In this document: piece after piece, positions 54,740 through 64,000 of the stretch
Position numbering within the stretch: the first letter of the stretch is position 1
How the letters are laid out: every line of letters begins with the position of its first letter
DNA from: Eutreptiella sp. 'Long Island Sound 2002'
Lineage: Eukaryota; Protista; Euglenida
DNA: 64,000 nucleotides
Reading direction: 5' to 3'
Assembly: GCA_964036045.1 (NCBI GenBank)
Contig: OZ038378.1
Coordinates: forward strand, 146,878,001-146,942,000
The notes under the pieces: model-generated
What the model was told of the DNA's origin: nothing
The model's input: the letters and a program-made list of their open reading frames with translations, nothing else
Database searches by the model: none
Translations under genes and position numbers: made by a program

Positions 54740-55278
54740 CCCAAACACTGCACAGCCAACGCCAACCCAAACACTGCACAGCCAACGCCAACCCAAACAC
54801 TGCACAGCCAACGCCAACCCAAACACTGCACAGCCAACGCCAACCCAAACACTGCACAGCCAACGCCAACCCAAACACTGCACAGCCAGCGCCAACCCAA
54901 ACACTGCACAGCCAACGCCAACCCAAACACTGCACAGCCAACGCCAACCCAAACACTGCACAGCCAACGCCAACCCAAACACTGCACAGCCAGCGCCAAC
55001 CCAAACACTGCACAGCCAACGCCAACCCAAACACTGCACAGCCAACGCCAACCCAAACACTGCACAGCCAACGCCAACCCAAACACTGCACAGCCAGCGC
55101 CAACCCAAACACTGCACAGCCAACGCCAACCCAAACACTGCACAGCCAACGCCAACCCAAACACTGCACAGCCAACGCCAACCCAAACACTGCACAGCCA
55201 ACGCCAACCCAAACACTGCACAGCCAACGCCAACCCAAACACTGCACAGCCAACGCCAACCCAAACACTGCACAGCCA
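54740..55278. repeat. 26-bp minisatellite, ~21 copies, downstream of TDP1
   Basis: Unit CCCAAACACTGCACAGCCAACGCCAA. Confidence 0.97.
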
Positions 55279-58200
55279 AAGCCATACTCCGGAGGCGCGC
55301 TTTCACAGAGCACAACCAACGGAGGTACCCACCCGCAAACCCGACCGATGGATCATCCCCCGAGCGCCCCCCCATATCCGAAGGCACGTGTCTGCACTCC
55401 TGCCAACCGCGTTGGTCACCCACGACGCCGGCACCCGCCGCTGCAGCCGTGGCCCATAGGCCGAGTGCCCCTGTGCAGACCCTTCGGAGCCCCGCCCAAC
55501 CCCCGCCCACCGCCGACGCTTGCGACGTTTTGTGCCCCTTTTTTGGGGCTTGGGGGGCATGTGGACGAGCAGTGGGTGTAGTGTACCCACAGGCCGCCCC
55601 CGCCCTCCGTAGGGGCTGGTGTGACGGTAGCCCCCCCCAAGGCCTGGGTGGCAGGGGCTACCGGTGGTTGGGGGGGGGGGGGGGGGTAATAGTCCCCGGG
55701 AAGCCTCCGGGGGGGGAGGGGGGCGGCAGCAGAGGGCCCCGGACGAGGGGGGGCGTCAAGGCGGCATTCGGGGCAGCTCGGGTTTGTGCTGCGGGAGTGG
55801 CACGGCAGAACGGAACAGTGGAGCGGCACTTGAACTGAGTGCGTGTGGCAGGAGGTCCGGATTGTGCGGGTCGGTTCAACGCCGGAGGCCCTGGCCCCCC
55901 CCTTTCCGAACCGACCAACGGAGCACCGACGGTGGCGGCCGCGCTGTGACGGTGTGTCATAGGCCGCCCAGGCCCTGACCCCCCCCTCTGACCCAAGGCA
56001 CAGGGGGCGTCCACGCACTCGCTCCGCGCAGCAGTGACCAGGGGCGCAATGGACCGGCACCACCGGTCGCCCCCGAACACCGGCCGGAACGATGACCGCC
56101 ATGGCCCATGAGTGGGGGCAGTCGGGGGCCAGTCAAGGCTGCCTCCGTCCCGGGGGCCCCAATGCCGCGCCGCAGGGACTGGCAGGGGCGGCGCGGCCTC
56201 CCACTCCGCGTGTCCCCCGGCGGTGCCCGGCCCTCCCTTCGTGCGGTGCCATGGCTTTGTGCCGGTCCCTACCCCTTGGGCCTGCAGCCCCAGGGCCGTG
56301 TTGCCCTCTTCTCCCGCTCCCAGGCCCTCCAGATGGTCCTCCCTCACACAGACCCGTTTGCCAAAAGGCGTCTCGGCCCTTGACAAGCGTTGCTTTCCTT
56401 CCTGCGCCCTTCGTATGCCGCTGCTGAGGACGGAGCAGCACAGCGGATTGTCCCGCTGCTCACAGCAGATCGGGTTCCGCAGGGGGGAGCACGCGCCCTG
56501 GTCACGGGGTTTCCACAAACACAAGCGGAAAAAGAGGTTGGCAATGGCTCCCGAGACACTGGTAATGGTACATTCGGGCAACAAGCGCAGGCATGCACGA
56601 CGGCATTCGAACACAACACCCTGAGGCCGCTGGGCCTTGCAAGTACACTCACTGCCGTGCCTTGCTGTGCGCTGCCATTCCCTCCACGCCACGCCACGCC
56701 CTGGCCCGCAGATGGGGATGCGAAGCCTTGGGCGTAGGCACGGGGGGGCTGTGCAGGACAATTAGGAGCGCCATAGCCTCGTCCGTCAGCAGGTGCCAGA
56801 CATGGGGGGCGCACCGCGCGCTGTGCGGAAACTCGGCCGTTTTCCACCGCCGGTAGCCATGGGTCCCAGGGTCCTGAACTCTGCACCCCCGATGCTGTGT
56901 TGAATGGATCATGCCCGCTTCTGTATGGGAGGTGGTTTGCAGGGGTGTTCCCGCGAGAAACACCGTCATACTTGGCGCTGTGCCCGCGCTGTGCACGCAC
57001 TCGCTCCCATACGCCACATGCCCACCCGGCGTGTACGGCGGTCGTGCATCGCAGATGTGCAGTCAGGAAGTAGGGGACACCATCTCAAGGAGGGCCGCCA
57101 GCATGGGTCCGTGGGGTTAGTACTCATACCCGATCAATGTAGTGGGGGGTAGGCCAACAGACGACAATTTTGAGCCTGGGGCATAGACTTGGCTGAACTG
57201 ACTGTCGGCCCAAACTCCAGCCTCCGCATCGTGTCCGCAAGGAGGCACACGGGGCCATGCCTCCAGCTGACCAGGGAACAGGTCAGAGCTCGGTAAACGG
57301 GAGGAAATGCAATCCATGACCCGATGGGTCACGAGGTGGCCGACAACCTGATCCTGGACCCGGGGATTATCACCCGAGAGATCAACGGGAAGTTGCAAAA
57401 ACAAAAAACGTTCTGTCGTTCAGAAACACGGTGGTGCCCCCGAGCAAGAGAGAAAGAGGACATCTGAGCAGAACAACCTTTTAATTGCCTCCAATCTCGC
57501 TCGCTTGTTTTACTGGTCGCATGCCTCGAAGGTGGGGCAGGCAGTACGATAGGCCCGCACCCCGAACGGAAATTGCTGCCCCCCCCCATGTGCCAATGAC
57601 TACAAAACTGTTGCACGGGTAAATATGCCTGTGCCCGAAGAATCGTCATCAGTCAGTGACACCTTGAGCGTAGGAACAAAACCAAAGAACCATGACAACC
57701 CACACACCAGCAATCCAGAGACAACACCCCCCCAGGGCAGTTGGCCAAGCGTCATGCCCGTCAACAACCCCCTGCCCCTGCCCCCCTACAGCCATGGAGC
57801 GCAGGGTCCGGAGGACGTGCTTGGCCAGCCCATATGCAGGGGTGTGCACCACCGAGGTGGTCTTGGAGCCCGAGGATCGGCCATCGAGTCCCAATGCAAA
57901 CCTCTCCCCTTTCCCCTGCCCCGCTGTGGGAAACAGATGCGGGCGCCTGGTCCTGCCCCGGTGCACAAGAAGGGAGGTCGCACAACGGGTGCAGCGAAAG
58001 AAGAGATCTTCGGCAACATGTCATCGGTGCCTTGCACTGCAGTCACCTTTCACACACACACACACACACACACCCTCTGTTTCAATGGCCGCAAGATGAT
58101 GTGCAGCAAATAGGTCATGTGGCGCGTCAGGCTGGTCATATTTCTAGGGAATGCCGGGCTAGTAATGGAGATGCCCCGGAGGGAGGGAGGGGGGCAGCCG

Positions 58201-58550
58201 GGCCCAGTCCTTGTGTGCGACCCTGCCCCCCCACCCCCCGTAGGTTTTCGAAGACAGTGCTCCTGGCGGTGTGACAGGTAGGACCATAATAGGTGTTCAT
58301 TTTTTTCGGCCATAAACAGTGATGATTCAGGACTAACAAGTGGTTGAAATGGTTGTGGAGGGTTGTGGAGGGTGTGGTTCTGCTGCTTCTCTTTTTGTTA
58401 TCTTGGTGAAGCCAAGTCACACATCGTGAGTATCCTTTTGGTTCGGGGCGATGTGTGAGTCTGGATACGTAGGCCACACACCCAACTGTTCGGAGCCCCC
58501 CCCCCCCCCCCAGAAAAAACACCCCCTGCCCCCCCCCCACCCAGGATTCT

Positions 58551-58712
58551 GGATTCCCCCCCAGGGGCAGGGGGATGCCCGCGGCAGTGCGGATGCCCGC
58601 AGTAGTACGGATGCCTGCTTGTCATAGCAGAAGGTTCAGGGGCGAGAGGCCAATAGGCGCCGCCACAGGCTACCAGAGCCAACCACCAAGGCCTTGTGCC
58701 AACCCCCCCCCC
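58551..58712 (+). repeat. ~160-bp dispersed element, second copy
   Basis: Matches 26161-26322. Confidence 0.85.
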
Positions 58713-58883
58713 ACCCCTCCACCCCAGCGGTCCTGAGTACACCTGGACTAACGGCTGAAAGTGTCTATGGCGGGGACATTCAGTCTATCAGTACCGACCA
58801 TTGATCCCCCCACCCCAGCGGTCCCCCGGACCGCCCCCCCCCCCCCCCCCCCCTTACTGTGGAATACTTTGGCACGTCCCAAG

Positions 58884-59350
58884 GCTGCTACCAACCCTGG
58901 GTACTGCCAACCCTCGGTGCTACCAACCCTTCGTGCTGCCTACCCTGAGCGGTGCCCACACTGCGCACAATCGATCCTGGGTGCCCAACCGTGGGAGCTG
59001 CCTACCACTGGTGTTGTCGACCACAGGTGCAGCCAACCTTGGGTACTGCCAACCCTGGGTGCTCCCCACCCTTCGTACTGCCTACCCTAAGTACTGCCAA
59101 CCCTAGGTCCTGCCCACCCCAGGCACTGCCAACCCTGGGTGCTCCCCACCCTAGGTCTGCCGACCCTAGGTGCTGCCAACCCCAGGCACTGCCAACCCTA
59201 GCGTCTGCCCACCCTAGGTGCTGCCAACCACAGGCACTGCCAACGCTGGGTGCTGCCAACCCTCGGCACTGCCAACCTTGCGCTCAGCCAACCATGGGTA
59301 CAGCCAACCCTGGGTGCTCCCAATCCGGGGTGGTGCCTACCCTGGGTGCT
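58884..59350. repeat. Degenerate ~16-bp-based tandem repeat
   Basis: Recurrent CTGCCAACCCT(A/G)GGT(G/A). Confidence 0.75.
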
Positions 59351-60290
59351 CACAAAATGCATGCACAATCCGTTGGAGACTTGGCAGTGTCCTGCCTCTG
59401 CCCCCTCCTTGGTGCCCAAAGCCACCAAACTACAATCCGTACCTGCACCATTTTGTAAACGGTCATTTATTCGCTTGTGAACACACGATTCAGACCAAAT
59501 GAGAGGGTCAGAGTCAGAGTCGGAGTCAGGCAGGCACACTGGACGGGTTGCTGGGGCTTGTATCATTGTTTTTTGGACATTGTTCCTAAAGAGTGAATGA
59601 ACTACCACCGGAATGGCCCCGTATGCAGGGGGCTGGACCCATTGTGGATGTGACTTGCATCCGTGTCATGTGGGTCATCTGTGGTAGGACAGTCTTGGCT
59701 GGTCGGTATTTCAGTGTTGCACAATTTGCATTTTTCATAGAGTTGTTCAAGACAGGGGGTGCCTACTTTTGTCTGCACAAATCTCATGACTGTCCTTGAT
59801 TTTGCCCATGAGCACCAAAAGGGGTCTCAGGGGGCCATTCAAACAGGGGGGGGGGGGGGTCATGGTGGGTTGGAGTGATGGTGCTGGTGTGCACATGGGG
59901 GGCGGGTGTGGGGGTGAGTGTGGCGCAGGTGCAGGCGCAGATATGGGCGTGAACCACACCCCTGCCCATGTCCGCGACCGTTGGGAGGAGGAAGGGAATG
60001 GACAAGGTTTGAGCCTCCCCCTCAATGCCCGCACCAGCGACTTGATAGCAGCCTGCCCCCATCTTGTACCATCCAATACCCTGTCTGGAAGGCGCGCTTC
60101 ACCCATGCAACCCGTGCTTGCTTCTTCCTAAATGACCGTGGACCAGGTGCATCCAGATGCACACTCCGAGTCCATGGGGGGGTTTGGCGACTCCAGCACT
60201 GACTTGTGCGCGCTGGGGGTGTGCATCTGCAAAGAGGGGGGGGGGGGAGGGGGCATCCCTCCCACGCAATCCTGCATTTCCAGCCTCGGT

Positions 60291-62907
60291 ATGGCAGCAG
60301 CCTATCAAATGGGCGGCTACGCGCCCATGAGGAACAGCTTCCCCGCCCCGCCCCCGGGCCCGGGCCCACTCCCGTACAGTGCCCCGCACGGACCGCCCCC
60401 GGGGCCCTACGGGGCCCCCTACGACTACAATGGCCCTTACGAGGGCGGCCCCCACGCCTACAGCCACGCCGCCCCGTCCCCTGCCGGTTCCCCCGGAGGC
60501 GCAGGGGAAGCGGCGGTCGTTGGCGAGAGCGGCATGTCTCCGATCGGGAAGTTGATTCCGATGCACCGGCGATTCCATTCCCGTGGCTGGACCGCCCTGC
60601 CTCAGTTTGAGATTGCCTTCCTGCCCTTCGACGCCCAAGGCCTGCGCGCGCAGATCCTCAACAGCCCCCACCTCCGCGACAACCCCCTGAACGACCTTTT
60701 CGATGGCAGCAAAGGGATCTACTTCAACTTCGCGGCGCAGGGGCCGGCCTACGAGCGCTTCCAGGCCGCCTGCCCCTGGCTCGACGCCATGTATCGGCAG
60801 ATGCGGCACCATCCGCAGGCCAATGCCTTCGTGTTGAATGCGCTTGTGCTGCCGGTGGGAACCCCAGCTCAGGTGGCCCTGCGTACCTGCCTGCGCCTCG
60901 TGTGTGCCTGTTTGTATGTGCCTGTGTGTGTGTCTGTGTACGTGCATGTGAACATTTTTGCCTCTACTACGTTGGTGTTGGTGACTCTGCATGGCGGCAG
61001 CGTGTATGTATGAGTGTGGCTAATGTAACGCACGCAGTGCAAGAACTTCCACTTTGTTGCCAAAATGGCACATCTTGTGGCGCCATGTTCTCCATCCAAC
61101 CCCCCGTCCTCCCGCCTTCCAAGGACAGGAAGGATTTGGTGAGTTGGTGAGGCTCACGGTCACGCCCATGGCCCATGAAACATGGTGCTGGCCTTGCGTA
61201 CGGTGGTGGGTCCCGGTTCTTCGTTGGGGCCGCACCTTCCGGTGCTGGGAAGGCTCAACACACATCTTGCGGTCTGCCGAGTTCGCACTTGCGCCGCACC
61301 TGCTGGTGGGGCTTGGCTGGCATCGTGTGGCTATGCCGGCTGCTGGTGACGCTGAGCCGGCGGGGGCCTCTTCTGGCACCTTCATGGCACCGGTACCGGT
61401 ACGGGTACTGGTGCATCCGCGCCCTGACCCACTTGCTGCGCCCGTACCCCCTGCAGCCCACCATACCATACCACACAAGGCGCACCCACACACCCGCACC
61501 AGGCCATTGCTTAGTGGCTGGTTGATACTATACGGGGGGGGGAGCTCTGAGGGTGGGTGGGTGGGTTTGTCTGGGGTTTCCCCGTCTGTGGGAAAAATGC
61601 AGGTACCCCCGCTTTTTTGCGTGGGTGGGTGGGTCGGTGGGCTTGGTAGATCGCCAATGTCGTTCATGGGCCGAGGCACATTGTGACACACGGGGGTGCT
61701 GCCACTTTGTGCAGACCTGTTTTGCTTTACGTTTTTGTCATGCCACCAAACAATGTGAATGTGGGATGATCAGTTTGGGTCACCTAATTCTAAGGGCGAT
61801 TCCAAGGGGTGTGCCTGGGGGCTCTTCAGGGGGAACATAGTCTAAAAGTAGCGCGCAGTGCAAGGATTCCCCCTTACGTCAGAAAATGTCAATGACCCAG
61901 TGGTTAAGGCACTGGTTTTGCATGCAAAAGGCATGGCTTCAAACCCTGCCATGCACATTTTCAGCACATGCTATGGAGTGGTCAACCTGAACCTCCACAA
62001 TTTCTCTGTGACCCCACCCCCCCTTTCAGCTGCAGACGAGAACAATACACCATGGCGTCATGCCAAAACCCCCCCTCAGGGTATGTGGGGGGTGGGTGGG
62101 TGGGTCTGAGGGTGGGTGGGTGGGTCAGCCAAACTCCCGGGAGGGCCAACTTAACACCCCCCCCTCCCCTCCCCCAAGTATCACTAACAATCATCAGTAC
62201 CATGTGACAACACCCCCAGAACAGATGGCGCACACTGTCAAAGGAAGGAGCATACCTGAAACACACTGGCCACACGTCGCCGTTTGGACAGCGGCGGTGG
62301 GACGGTACCCAAGAGTGCAAGGCCCAGGGCCAACCGGCACGGCATGGGAGGGGGGGCGCTTACCCAGACGGCCCAAGAAACATTCGATGGCCGTCTTGCC
62401 CGGCGACCTCAAGGCAACGTTCGGCACTGATCCGGTTTGCGCTGCAGTGCAGCGAGGCAAAACAATGTACTGCGAGTCGTGGCTATGACCACATGCCTAT
62501 GTCACGGGGGCATGCATGAGCCTAGTATCCGTTGCTCGTGGCCCCCGGTATCCCTAAGCAGTGGCCTGACCCACACAGTCCCTCTGTCCCCCCCCCCCCT
62601 CCCCTGGCAGGCCCACTATGACAGCACCCTGGGGACCTGGCCCGTGGGCGTCAACGTGTTGTACGTGGACATCCCGGAGGACATGGAGGGGGGCGAGCTC
62701 GAGCTGTACTCCACCGCCGTCCACAAGTACGTCCCCGGCCGGAAGCCCCTGCAGCGCGTGAGGCCCCAGGTCGGGATGCTCTGCCGCTTCCGGGGCGACA
62801 TGTTCCACAAGGTCAACTCCATGAAGCGGGGGTCGCGGCCCCGCATCAGCCTCGTGCTGGAGGAGTACGTCCTGGCGGACCCCACGCGGGTCGCGATGGG
62901 GGGCTGA
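60291..62907 (+). CDS. 2OG-Fe(II) oxygenase superfamily protein, 2 exons (60291-60872, 62611-62907), ~292 aa
   Basis: Phase-0 GT/AG junction gives ..NAFVLNALVLPVGTPAQ|AHYDSTLG..VLYVDIPEDMEGGELEL..FRGDMFHKV..RISLVLEEY: HxD...H iron triad plus distal Arg; Pro/Gly/Tyr-rich N-terminal extension. Confidence 0.85.
61890..61956 (+). pseudogene. tRNA-Ala(TGC)-like relic or SINE head
   Basis: A-box-like CAGTGGTTAAGGC, TTGCATG anticodon loop, B-box-like GCTTCAAACCC; stems pair poorly. Confidence 0.4.
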
Positions 62908-62971
62908 GGCTCAGGGTTTCAGGCAGGTCACTTTGTAGTGGACAAGAATTTTTTGTTTTGGCTAAAAAATG

Positions 62972-63110
62972 TGGCGGGTGACCGACGGCGGTTGGCGGGT
63001 GACCGACGGCGGTTGGCGGGTAACCGACGGCGGTTGGCGGGTAACCGACGGCGGTTGGCGGGTAACCGACGGCGGTTGGCGGGTGACCGATGGCGGTTGG
63101 CGGGTAACCA
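62972..63110 (-). repeat. 21-bp tandem variant (GGCGGGTRACCGACGGCGGTT)n
   Basis: About six copies; shares the AACCGCC core on the minus strand. Confidence 0.8.
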
Positions 63111-64000
63111 TCTGGACACTGGACACTGGATACTCCAGCGTTTTTTTTAATGAAAAACCGTCCTGATTTCAGGCAATCGCTGACGCATCGCCAGTCATTC
63201 AGCCTTTTCTCCGCTTGCCCCCCCCCCCCCTCCCCGTGCCTCCCGCCGCGACACCTCCCGCCCTCGCGCTTCAACGCCCCCGCGACAGCGCCGTCCCCTC
63301 CTATGCCCCGGGGGGTGTGGGCATGAGGGAGGCTCTTGGTGGAGGTTTGGATGGGGCTGGGCACGGAGGGGCGGTCGATGAGAGGCCCCCTCCCGCCCCC
63401 CACGTCCGCAGCGGCAGAACCGTTTGGAGGGGGCAGACGTGGGGCGGCAGAACACGGGAATGAGAACGAACGGTTGCCTGATGGGGGGGCGTGGGGTGGG
63501 GGGCGTGGGGTGGGGGGCGTGGGGTGCATGACGGTCCCCAGCCCCTGGGGTGGGGGGGGGGGGGATCCGCAGTGCACGGGGGACCCGGGCTTGCCCCTGG
63601 GTACTACCCCAGTACTCCCGCCGAGAGGAGGCGCGGGGGGGGGGGAGGTGGTTCTGTTCGAGGGTCGGGTCGTTCTACGGTGCAGAGGACCGCGGCCTCG
63701 CACCCCCAACGTCCCTGCACACATCTCTACTGGGCTTTCAAGGGTTTTAGGACCGTGGCATGGACACTGCAGGCCTGCCCCCCCCCCCCAAAAAAAAACA
63801 AATTGCTCTTGGGGACCTCTACGAGTGCCTCCGCCATACAATCTTTGACCCCCCCCCCCCACACCCGACACCCCCCCCCCTCTCCAGCGCAGATGGTGAT
63901 CCATCCCCCCCCCTTATTGCACGGCCCCTGCCGTCCCGCGTGCCATGTGCCCGATCATGTAAATACCACCATCCCCCCCCCCCACTCCACTCGAGGCTGG

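Noticed and set aside
53949-55581. Long ORFs overlapping the TDP1 3' end
   Set aside because: Produced by the 26-bp array and by GC-rich antisense or alternative frames.
60132-61013. Single-exon 293-aa ORF as the complete gene
   Set aside because: After 60872 the frame runs into (GT)-rich intron sequence; the catalytic HxD...H lies in the exon at 62611.
61175-61525. P-loop-like GAAPSGAGKAQ in the oxygenase intron
   Set aside because: No GK[ST], no downstream NTPase motifs and no splice support.

Overview
This is eukaryotic, repeat-rich nuclear DNA, not a prokaryotic window. The huge G/C-homopolymer-rich introns, GTATG-type donors and AG acceptors just upstream of start codons suggest a euglenid/euglenozoan; that assignment is inference. 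Four host genes can be reconstructed by hand, all on the + strand: (1) an unnamed ~600-aa protein (C2-like domain, coiled coil, Pro-rich tail) in about 14 small exons over 4.4-36.8 kb, with its 5' end unresolved; (2) an intronless GT10 alpha-1,3/4-fucosyltransferase-like gene (41920-43488); (3) an intronless TDP1 with an N-terminal UIM (52914-54641); (4) a two-exon, bacterial-like 2OG-Fe(II) oxygenase (60291-62907). The rest is transposon debris and tandem arrays: three elements with verifiable 8-bp target-site duplications, Penelope-like and LINE relics, a dispersed (AACCGCC)n-carrying element family, and 12-, 26-, 34-, 42-, ~58- and 170-bp arrays. The best candidate for something undescribed is a 2,580-bp TIR element (50201-52780, TSD GTTAGGTG) that carries an uninterrupted multi-zinc-finger ORF with no visible DDE core and sits 133 bp upstream of TDP1. 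Most ORFs in the supplied track are artefacts of GC-rich or tandem sequence.
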